A DNA stretch of 64,000 bases from Chitinophaga pinensis (GTDB lineage: Bacteria > Bacteroidota > Bacteroidia > NS11-12g > UBA955): the NCBI GenBank assembly GCA_945877575.1, contig CAMDUE010000003.1:88174-152173 (forward strand), read 5' to 3'. Shown piece after piece: positions 30,052 through 38,414 of this stretch. Each line of letters opens with the position of its first letter. Within the stretch, counting starts at the first letter, position 1. The notes under the pieces were generated by a model, which saw only the letters and a list, made by a program, of their open reading frames with translations, had not been told where the DNA came from and searched no databases. The translations under genes were made by a program, and so were the position numbers.

Positions 30052-30863
30052 TTAAAAAATATATCACCTATTATTTTTTGCCATGCAGTTTCATTGTTAT
30101 TCTCAAAACTCCTGTTTGTAATGACCTTTCTATTTCCTGAAAAAAGATGTGAAATTCCTATTCCCCTTGGAACAGATTTCAAGGTATGTATTTTATCCTG
30201 AAGATACTGTATTTTTTGATCATTTGATAGTGCAATTAAGTCATCAAAATCTACTTCGCTTTTCAATCCTTTCCACTTTTTAAAGAAGTAATGAAATCTA
30301 ATATCCCTCCAAATCAAACCCAATGTTACCACCAATAATTTAAGTCGACCAAATTTAGAATATTTTTTAGGCCTAATAATCAAAGATCTGAAGACATCTC
30401 TTAGATTTCTTCTTAAGTAAACCAATTCAATTTGAACTCCTGTTTGCAATATTACTTTTAAAAAATCAATAGACTTAGAGGAATCTATAAATATGCCAGG
30501 ATGTTGTTGGCTTGAGGAGAGTACATTTAATATTTTACCGTATTGATTTTTAATTTCCAATTGCAGTTTTTTATGACAATTTAATTGCACATTAAGCATA
30601 AATTGTACCCTATTATTTAAAATATTGGCTTTCGCTATTTTTGAAACTTCTTTAAATATGGGTTTCCAAATTGGACATTCACAAAGTTTTCGTTCACAAC
30701 TGCATGGCCTGTCATCATTAAAATCCTTATTGAAAAAATACAGTTCCCCTAAATAATGTACCGTAAAAAACGAACTCATCCACGTACTAAAAATAGTACT
30801 CCCACTATGGGGCTGGCCCAATATATATATAACTTTTAATTCGCTATTTTTAAGCTCTGTCAA
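30048..30863 (-). CDS. sulfotransferase family protein
   Basis: 'ILGQPHSGST', 'LGEL', 'CSC...C.C..W', 'IDSSK' and 'FSGN'. Confidence 0.8.
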   Translation of the reverse strand: MTELKNSELKVIYILGQPHSGSTIFSTWMSSFFTVHYLGELYFFNKDFNDDRPCSCERKLCECPIWKPIFKEVSKIAKANILNNRVQFMLNVQLNCHKKLQLEIKNQYGKILNVLSSSQQHPGIFIDSSKSIDFLKVILQTGVQIELVYLRRNLRDVFRSLIIRPKKYSKFGRLKLLVVTLGLIWRDIRFHYFFKKWKGLKSEVDFDDLIALSNDQKIQYLQDKIHTLKSVPRGIGISHLFSGNRKVITNRSFENNNETAWQKIIGDIFFK

Positions 30864-32055
30864 AATAATATCTTTTTAGAGCAAACATCAATGACTTCAA
30901 ATCACTGCTTGAGTAACTAGGTCTTTTAAACTTGAAATCACTCACATCCCTATCATTTTGAAATTCATCATTTTTCAACAATTCCTTGATGAGCCCCGCG
31001 TAACTTTCTGCAGAAACTAAATGTGAAAATCTCGTTTGATTTTTCATCCGGCGATTGATAGATCCTTCTCTTAATTCTTGTAAATTAAGTTGAGATAATT
31101 CATTTGCAATTCCAATGTAGTCAGCCATTTCAAATACTTTCCCAGAATGATCATCAATTATTTCGTCGGTGATACCTTTTAAATTCCATGATATTAAATA
31201 ATTACCTGAACATAAACTTTCAATTAAAACATTAGACATTCCCTCAAAGTGAGAAGGAAATAACAAAACATCAAATTTCTGATAATATTTCAACAACTCT
31301 GAACGATTTAACCCGCCCACTAATGAAACTAGATTTTTTTCTATGTGATGACCAAGTTCTTGTTCCAACTTATTTTTATCTTTCCCCGTCCCAACAATAT
31401 CTAGTTTATATTTTACTCCAAGTTTATCTAATTCTTCTAAAATTGGTTTTAGATGAAACACTCCTTTTTGGTTGTGTTCCAAACGACCGACAAAGCCTAT
31501 TTGAATTGCATTAGAATGGTAAAATAAGTCATCATCCTTACCTGAATTGCCTGTATCTTCGAAATTTAATTGAGATAGATCAAATCCGTTTGGAATCTTA
31601 GTTATTTTATTTTTTTGTATTCCTAAATTGAGCAGATCAAATTCTGATTTACTATTTAAAATGACGTATTGGTGAATATAATTGTCATACTCAGTGGCAA
31701 TTTGGTACCCAAGTTTAAAACTATTCGCAACTCTTGAAATTATTTTGACCCTTTTTGGTAGCAAAGTTACACTTGCGTTCATAGGCTCTGAGTTTACCGG
31801 TATGACTACCTGAATATTCTCTCTCTTAGCCCATTCCACAAATTTTATAGCCTGCTTTTCTAGCCTAAATTCATTTTTAGCCAAGTATATACAACCTTCA
31901 GAATGAAAGTTCTTATTAACCAAAAGATTAGACTGATAACCAACAGTTACACAATACAATTCAATTCCAAAAGATTTCAAGATATCTCTATGATTCAAAA
32001 AAAATGAATACGTGCCACCTTCTTTGGGTATTGAACCGTATGCAACTTTAATCAT
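30850..32055 (-). CDS. GT4 glycosyltransferase
   Basis: 'IPNG', 'VGRLEHNQKG' and 'PSHFEGMSNVLIE'. Confidence 0.9.
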   Translation of the reverse strand: MIKVAYGSIPKEGGTYSFFLNHRDILKSFGIELYCVTVGYQSNLLVNKNFHSEGCIYLAKNEFRLEKQAIKFVEWAKRENIQVVIPVNSEPMNASVTLLPKRVKIISRVANSFKLGYQIATEYDNYIHQYVILNSKSEFDLLNLGIQKNKITKIPNGFDLSQLNFEDTGNSGKDDDLFYHSNAIQIGFVGRLEHNQKGVFHLKPILEELDKLGVKYKLDIVGTGKDKNKLEQELGHHIEKNLVSLVGGLNRSELLKYYQKFDVLLFPSHFEGMSNVLIESLCSGNYLISWNLKGITDEIIDDHSGKVFEMADYIGIANELSQLNLQELREGSINRRMKNQTRFSHLVSAESYAGLIKELLKNDEFQNDRDVSDFKFKRPSYSSSDLKSLMFALKRYYFDRA

Positions 32056-32972
32056 TGCGGTAATTTATAATTTGAACTTGATATCCAATGGGATAAATCT
32101 CGATTCATGATGCTCGACAATTGAATTACATCGTTTTTGTAAAATTCTATTAATTCAGGGTAATATTTTGTATGACCCAATTCAATTTCCGACGGCTTCA
32201 CATTACTAGATAAATTTTCAACTAATAACTTTCTTTTTGAACGCGATATATATTTATTTAATAATTTAAATAAGAAATTTCCAAAATAATTGTTTTTTAA
32301 TCTCTTAATTAAATTCTTTATTTGATCAGGAATTACACTTTTCACTACCAAGAAACTAATTTTCTCAGACAAATCTTCGACTTCAAGAAAATTAAATATT
32401 TTCGACAATTCCAATGCACCGTTTTTCTTCAAATTCTCAAAATCCATGAGATAAATCTCCTTAAACATTTCTCGATACTCAATTATTGAATCGCAGTATA
32501 GACCTTTATGAAGCTTTGACCTTTCTCCGTTATAGGCTTTGATTAATTCAGCATTGATAAAATCGTCATATGATATTGTTAGTCTTTCTTTATTCTTCAA
32601 TAACACATACTCAGAAAACAATCTATCAATAGGATTTCTTACACAAACAATGATTTTTGAATTCTCATTAAACGAATGTATCACTTTTGCATTTCCTGGG
32701 CGATACATATAATGCGAGCTCTCTCCAACTATTTTTTCTTTTTTTACAGCTGAAAACAACGAGATATAGCTATCATATGTTCTATACTTGCCTTTTTCTA
32801 TGTACTCTTGATAAACATTTAAATCTCCTTCTTTCCTCAATAGTTCGGATGTGAAAAATTGAGGTTCTTTAATTTCAGACATAAAAATATCTGGATGTAA
32901 ATTTAATGTAAGATGCAAACTGGTAGTAGCAGCCCTTTGGGCTCCTATAATAAAAAGATTAGGTTTCCTCAT
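32052..32972 (-). CDS. sulfotransferase family protein (heparan-sulfate-ST-like)
   Basis: 'PNLFIIGAQRAATTSL', 'HPDIFM..KEPQFF', 'GESS..Y' and 'RNPIDR..S'. Confidence 0.9.
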   Translation of the reverse strand: MRKPNLFIIGAQRAATTSLHLTLNLHPDIFMSEIKEPQFFTSELLRKEGDLNVYQEYIEKGKYRTYDSYISLFSAVKKEKIVGESSHYMYRPGNAKVIHSFNENSKIIVCVRNPIDRLFSEYVLLKNKERLTISYDDFINAELIKAYNGERSKLHKGLYCDSIIEYREMFKEIYLMDFENLKKNGALELSKIFNFLEVEDLSEKISFLVVKSVIPDQIKNLIKRLKNNYFGNFLFKLLNKYISRSKRKLLVENLSSNVKPSEIELGHTKYYPELIEFYKNDVIQLSSIMNRDLSHWISSSNYKLPQ

Positions 32973-33777
32973 TTTTTATTATCTCCGTATTGAATTTTCT
33001 AATAGGACCCATTAACAAGTAGGCAAGCAACCATTCATTTCTATGAAACCATCTGTAATCGTAAACAATTCTGTCGATATCAGAAGTTAATCTGGAATTA
33101 TTACCGGTTAAAATATGATGAACAGAATCAGCTTTTTTGGGGTTGATAATATTTAAGGGATTATTTAATCCATTCACCTTATTGAGAAACATAAAAGTCG
33201 GCTCAATGGCCCATTTTTCATAACTCATTAAAATAGAATTAAGTTGGTTATCATTTAAGAATTTTATAAGCCTTTGGTGTTGTTGCCACCAAAAAAAGTG
33301 ATGTCTAAAACCTGGTAATTTTCTACGGACGCCTTTTTTCAGTGCATTATCAATTTGAGAAACCGTATAATTTCGAACATCTTTTACTAAATGTATTACT
33401 CGTAAATCTACATTCTCAAATTCCATCCATGGGGAAATACCTTTGATGTATTTAGATGAATCAACAATTGTAAATTCCGGATATTGATTCATGCAAAATT
33501 TCACCAATTCCGAATATGCATTCTGCAATCCATGATTCAAATTCCAAATTGAAAATATCTCGCTCCAAAAATTACAGGATGCAGCAGATTGACCACAAGA
33601 ACAAATCTCCTTCATCAGTACATCTTTATCCGATAAATATTTTAGCCAGGTGAGATGTATCTCACCTAATGACAAAAAGCCCTTCTCTTTGCATAAATAT
33701 CGACTCAAAATCGTAGTCCCAGAATGACTTGATGAAGCAATATAGCAAACTCTTACAGGTTCATTTTGTTTTCCCAT
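32959..33777 (-). CDS. sulfotransferase family protein
   Basis: 'SSHSGTT', 'LGEI', 'CSCG....C.FW', 'VDSSK' and 'HHILTGN'. Confidence 0.82.
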   Translation of the reverse strand: MGKQNEPVRVCYIASSSHSGTTILSRYLCKEKGFLSLGEIHLTWLKYLSDKDVLMKEICSCGQSAASCNFWSEIFSIWNLNHGLQNAYSELVKFCMNQYPEFTIVDSSKYIKGISPWMEFENVDLRVIHLVKDVRNYTVSQIDNALKKGVRRKLPGFRHHFFWWQQHQRLIKFLNDNQLNSILMSYEKWAIEPTFMFLNKVNGLNNPLNIINPKKADSVHHILTGNNSRLTSDIDRIVYDYRWFHRNEWLLAYLLMGPIRKFNTEIIKNEET

Positions 33778-34766
33778 ATTGATACTGCTTTTTTAACTGA
33801 ATATTCATTTCTCACATGCATTTGAGCATTAAACCCTATTTCATTCCTTAGTTTGGTGTTGTGAATCAATAAACGAATTTGACTGATCCAGTCGTCAGAC
33901 TTATCACACAACATGCCTGTAACACCGTTGTTAATATACGCGTTCATCCCCAATATGTTACTAGCAACTGTTGGTACACCGCAGGCTCCATATTCTAGAG
34001 CTTTAAAACCGCACTTGTACAAATTGAAATTTTGCTCCAACAAGGGATAGATACCAATATCAAATTTACCAATCCAAGAACTAACCTCTTGAGTGTCTGA
34101 CCAATTCAAATCTTCAATCATAGCAAACTTATCGGTTAATTTTAAACTTTCAATCAAAGAAAACAATTTATTGCAGTTTTTCACACCAATAAAACAAAAT
34201 TGCAAGGGTGTTTCTAAATAATGCTTGGTCAATGGTGTAACAATCTCATTTACAAACCAAATTAACTCCTCCTCATAATGCGATCCATTGCCTATCCATC
34301 CAACAATCACTTTTTTATCATTCAATTTTAAATTGTACTGACCATATAAATCAACATCAATGCAGGTTGGAATTAAAAAACTATTTTTATTATATAAAAG
34401 ACAATAATTTAACAGATTGATATTCCCACAAGATATTCCATGTACCGATTCAGAAAACCTTTGGAAATTTTTTAAAGTAACCTCTGAAAATGACCTCGAA
34501 GGAAAATCATCAATGTCTAAATAAATCGATTTCCCTAAATACTTCAAATACCACAACAAATATAAATGCCACCTAGAAAATACCTTTTGGAAAATAATTA
34601 TTTGATAATTGTGAACTGTGAAAAATAAAATTAATATGTCAAGTGGATTGTTTGACACTTTAATTTTAGTTTGAAGTTTGTTTATTCTCGGGAATACCCA
34701 AAAAACCCTGGCTCTACTGCTGGCTTTATTAATATCGCCAACGGAAACAACCAATAATTTTTTCAT
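33753..34766 (-). CDS. GT-B glycosyltransferase
   Basis: 'ASSRAR', 'DIDD', 'VGWIG', 'DIGIYPL' and 'KCGFKALEY'. Confidence 0.88.
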   Translation of the reverse strand: MKKLLVVSVGDINKASSRARVFWVFPRINKLQTKIKVSNNPLDILILFFTVHNYQIIIFQKVFSRWHLYLLWYLKYLGKSIYLDIDDFPSRSFSEVTLKNFQRFSESVHGISCGNINLLNYCLLYNKNSFLIPTCIDVDLYGQYNLKLNDKKVIVGWIGNGSHYEEELIWFVNEIVTPLTKHYLETPLQFCFIGVKNCNKLFSLIESLKLTDKFAMIEDLNWSDTQEVSSWIGKFDIGIYPLLEQNFNLYKCGFKALEYGACGVPTVASNILGMNAYINNGVTGMLCDKSDDWISQIRLLIHNTKLRNEIGFNAQMHVRNEYSVKKAVSIWENKMNL

Positions 34767-35860
34767 TGAAAATTCAATAGAATCTCGTTCAACATAGTTC
34801 TTGCATTCTCCTCTGAGTAGCTGTTCAAAATCTTCGATCTAGAATCACTTATTTTGAAAAAATAATCTTTCTCTCTCAAAGCTTTATAATTTGCAATGAA
34901 CCTTAACGTTTTATAAATCCTTGAATAATCAAAATTATTTACTTCGAAAAAACTCTGTTTATCAAGAAATTCTCTACCTCCGCCTGCTGAAGACCCTACA
35001 ATAATGTTTCCGCAAGCAATTGCTTCAGCCAATGGCAATCCAAATCCTTCGAATTCCGAAAAACTAAGAAAAACATGTGAACTAAGCAGAATCGAGAACA
35101 CATCTTCTTGTGGTAATCCATCAATCTTTATAAATTCAAAATCATCTGTTTTTACATTTTTATGATTCAAATAATTCAATAATGCACCGAAGAAATTATT
35201 ACCTCGTCTAGGCATATAAGCTATTTTTAATTTACTTGAATGTGATTTTTTTTCTAATAGTTCTTCATCTGCAACTTGCAAATAGAGTTTAGGATTTAAA
35301 ATCACTGTAAATCTATGTAAATTCTTGTTTTCTGTCTGTAATAATGGATTATTTGAACCTATCAAATTGTACATTATCTGAAAATTCAACTGAGAAAAGC
35401 AAATCAAATGAACCTTTTCATTTTTAAACAACCTTAATAATCTATCAATTAATTGATTTTCTTTATTCAATAAAAAATAGGAATTTTGAATTGCAAACCA
35501 AACATTGAATTCTTCCTCAATAATTTTTAACGTTTGATTGGATAGCCAAGTTTCTGGAAAAATGAGTAAATCTTCGTTTTTATTAATTTCAATTACATCA
35601 GAGTAAATAATGGAATACACAAATTGCTTTAGTCTGCTCTTAATTGACTTTTGATACAAATAATCCAATTTGTTAGGGAAGTATTTTACAGTGGTTTGAT
35701 TGCTAAACCAACTTAATTTAAATCTGGGATTTTTATGAACAACGCATGCCTCAATATTCATTGAATTAAGAGTATCAGACATCCAATAAATCATTTTGCG
35801 CCCGCCTGAAGGAGCCTCTAAATCATGACAAAAAAACAATACTCGTTTGAATCTAAACAT
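34763..35860 (-). CDS. GT4-like glycosyltransferase
   Basis: 'PSGG', 'IAYMPRR' and 'EGFGLPLAEAIACG'. Confidence 0.87.
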   Translation of the reverse strand: MFRFKRVLFFCHDLEAPSGGRKMIYWMSDTLNSMNIEACVVHKNPRFKLSWFSNQTTVKYFPNKLDYLYQKSIKSRLKQFVYSIIYSDVIEINKNEDLLIFPETWLSNQTLKIIEEEFNVWFAIQNSYFLLNKENQLIDRLLRLFKNEKVHLICFSQLNFQIMYNLIGSNNPLLQTENKNLHRFTVILNPKLYLQVADEELLEKKSHSSKLKIAYMPRRGNNFFGALLNYLNHKNVKTDDFEFIKIDGLPQEDVFSILLSSHVFLSFSEFEGFGLPLAEAIACGNIIVGSSAGGGREFLDKQSFFEVNNFDYSRIYKTLRFIANYKALREKDYFFKISDSRSKILNSYSEENARTMLNEILLNFQ

Positions 35861-35866
35861 AAATTC

Positions 35867-36676
35867 TCAACTTCCCGAATTTTGAAAATAATCGGTTAAT
35901 TTAGAAATAATTTCAGCTTTTGATGAATTTCCTAAAAACCCATTATTGATATAATACTTATTGAACCAATCAAAATTAAAATCGACTTTTGTATTCAAGA
36001 AAGTCTCCAATTTAGGAATATAATTAATTGCAGTGTACTTAGAATCAAATAAATTATCATAATCAATGATTAATAAGGATTCACTGCCAAACTTTGAAAC
36101 AATATTATCAATTTGCCATTGATATTGGCCCAACTTCAGTGCATTAAAAACAGGTCTCGAACTAAATTCTACCTCACAAAATCTCTCTAATGAAAAACTC
36201 TCATTTTCAGAGAGAAACTTAAATACCTTTTTATTGTACTCGGTAGGGTATTTTTTAAGAATATATTGAACTTTAGAGGAGAAATAATAGTTATATGCTA
36301 AAAAAAATCTTTCAATTGGATCTCGTTTAATGAATACAAAAATTTTCTTGGCTTCTAATGAAGCTATGCGATCTAAATTTAATCCTTCTGTGCAATAATC
36401 CCAACTTAAGTCTATATTCACATCAACCAAATTACTTTTCTTTGTTGATTTGAATGATTTTTTATAAAAATCTAAGGATTTGCTTTCAAATAAACCACTG
36501 TTGAAGAAATTAGCTTCACGGCCGAGGTTGCTATAATTCAAATTTAAACTTTTACTTAAACTTTGTGTAAATTCAAACCCGCCACAATGTTGACCACCCA
36601 CAACGAACAAAAATGCACCTTCATCCACCAATTTTAGTTTGTTTTTTGATATAAGTTTTTGTATAAGCATTCCCAA
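35867..36676 (-). CDS. divergent sulfotransferase-fold protein
   Basis: 'REANFF', 'RDPIERF..AY' and 'GQY'; the PAPS loop is degenerate ('VVGGQHCGG'). Confidence 0.65.
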   Translation of the reverse strand: MGMLIQKLISKNKLKLVDEGAFLFVVGGQHCGGFEFTQSLSKSLNLNYSNLGREANFFNSGLFESKSLDFYKKSFKSTKKSNLVDVNIDLSWDYCTEGLNLDRIASLEAKKIFVFIKRDPIERFFLAYNYYFSSKVQYILKKYPTEYNKKVFKFLSENESFSLERFCEVEFSSRPVFNALKLGQYQWQIDNIVSKFGSESLLIIDYDNLFDSKYTAINYIPKLETFLNTKVDFNFDWFNKYYINNGFLGNSSKAEIISKLTDYFQNSGS

Positions 36677-36743
36677 GATTTTGTGGGGCGAAATAAACCA
36701 ATTCTTATTATCGATATATCACTGAATTATTGTTTTACAAATG

Positions 36744-38414
36744 CTACAACTCTGTGACTCTATCGGCAACTTCATCAAACTCGTTATCGTGTGTGATAAC
36801 AATCACAAATTTGTCTTTCTTGAGTTTGTTGATTTCGTTCAAAACTAGTTTGGTTGAATCAGTATCTAATTGGCTCGATGGCTCATCAAAAATCCAAACA
36901 TCAGAATCAGTCAAAAGACTCCTCATCAAATTAACTCGCTGAAGCTCTCCTGCACTCAATTGAGACTCTAGCGGGGGTGTTTCAGACAATTGAAACAGAT
37001 TCTGAATGTTTAAGTTAGAGGAAATTGAATTAATGCCAAACTCATTCTTTGCATCTGAATGAAAACAGCTGTGATAGTATTTCAATTCTCCAGAAAACAG
37101 AAAATACCGACCTCCAGAATAACTAGTTGCCATTCTTAGGGAGTTAAAATCATCTTCTGAAGGTTGAATACCATCAAACAAAATATGCCCGTTTACAGGT
37201 TGTATTAACCCAACAAACAACCTAATTAAAGTAGATTTCCCCTTACCACTTTGTCCTTTGATTATATGTAACTCCCCTCGATTAAATGTTAAATTAATGT
37301 TATGCAGGATGATTTTGTTTGAATTCGGATAACTAAAACAAACATCCTCGAACACAATTTTTTCAAATTGGAAAACTGTATTTCTAACTTCGGTTGGTTT
37401 CTTATGACTAGCATGAGTTTCCAAAAAATCTGTAATCAACTTGACTGAACCGAATGACATTAAAAAGCTATTCCAACTGTTTTGTATGATCACAGAATTC
37501 CCCATGATTCTATACAACAGCAATAAAGGTAAAATTGTACTTTTAATCTCGAGACCGAAATACACCACTTCTATAAAAACAACAAACAAGACTACCGAAA
37601 GAGATAAAAATTCTCTTGAACTCATTGCGAAAGATTGCAATCTGCCCATCTTTTCGTATTCAACCTCTACATCTTTGGAAACATCGTTAAACTCTTTATT
37701 AGGGTCTGTAAAATTACCGTTGATTTTAAAATACTCCCAATTATAAATAAAGTTGCTTATTGTTTTTGAAAGCCTTCCTTGTAGTTGGGCAATATTTGCA
37801 GATGAATTTTTAGTCAGTGAATAAATTTTTCGATAAATAATAAACACGAAAAAAGAACATATCAAAATCAATAAAGTGAATTTGGTATAAAGCAAGATTG
37901 CCAGAATAAAATATGAGGCGACTTGAATTACTCCGCTCCAAGACTTGAAATAAGAATCAAAAGCACCGAATAATTTTTGTACCTCATTATTCAATAAAGA
38001 ATACAGAGAATCGCTGCTCAAATCATGAAAAGTAGAAAATTCTAAATTAAAAACCGAAGTATAAATTCTTTGTCTAATTGATTTGATAAAATAGGAACGC
38101 ATTTGTATTCGTATGAAATTCAAACTAAAACGCATAATTGCTTTTAATAAAAAAACAACAACCACAAAAACTATTGCCTCTCTTAACTCTAAATTAAAAT
38201 CCAAATTGAACCTGGATAATAATCCAACACTGCTGTTACCAAAAGAATAGTGTAAATCATTTCCATTACTGTTTAAAAGGGGAACTATTATTCCAATACC
38301 AAAACCATCAAAAATTGCAATTAGTAATGACAACAGTAAAATAATGAACACTGATTTTCGCCTAGAATATTTAACTAGAATATTCGGCTTAAATAGAGAC
38401 TTTAAATTTATCAT
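36744..38414 (-). CDS. ABC transporter, fused permease/ATPase (PglK/MsbA-like glycan exporter)
   Basis: Six TM helices; Walker A 'GQSGKGKS', signature 'LSAGELQR', Walker B 'IFDEPSS' and H-loop 'ITHD'. Confidence 0.88.
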   Translation of the reverse strand: MINLKSLFKPNILVKYSRRKSVFIILLLSLLIAIFDGFGIGIIVPLLNSNGNDLHYSFGNSSVGLLSRFNLDFNLELREAIVFVVVVFLLKAIMRFSLNFIRIQMRSYFIKSIRQRIYTSVFNLEFSTFHDLSSDSLYSLLNNEVQKLFGAFDSYFKSWSGVIQVASYFILAILLYTKFTLLILICSFFVFIIYRKIYSLTKNSSANIAQLQGRLSKTISNFIYNWEYFKINGNFTDPNKEFNDVSKDVEVEYEKMGRLQSFAMSSREFLSLSVVLFVVFIEVVYFGLEIKSTILPLLLLYRIMGNSVIIQNSWNSFLMSFGSVKLITDFLETHASHKKPTEVRNTVFQFEKIVFEDVCFSYPNSNKIILHNINLTFNRGELHIIKGQSGKGKSTLIRLFVGLIQPVNGHILFDGIQPSEDDFNSLRMATSYSGGRYFLFSGELKYYHSCFHSDAKNEFGINSISSNLNIQNLFQLSETPPLESQLSAGELQRVNLMRSLLTDSDVWIFDEPSSQLDTDSTKLVLNEINKLKKDKFVIVITHDNEFDEVADRVTEL

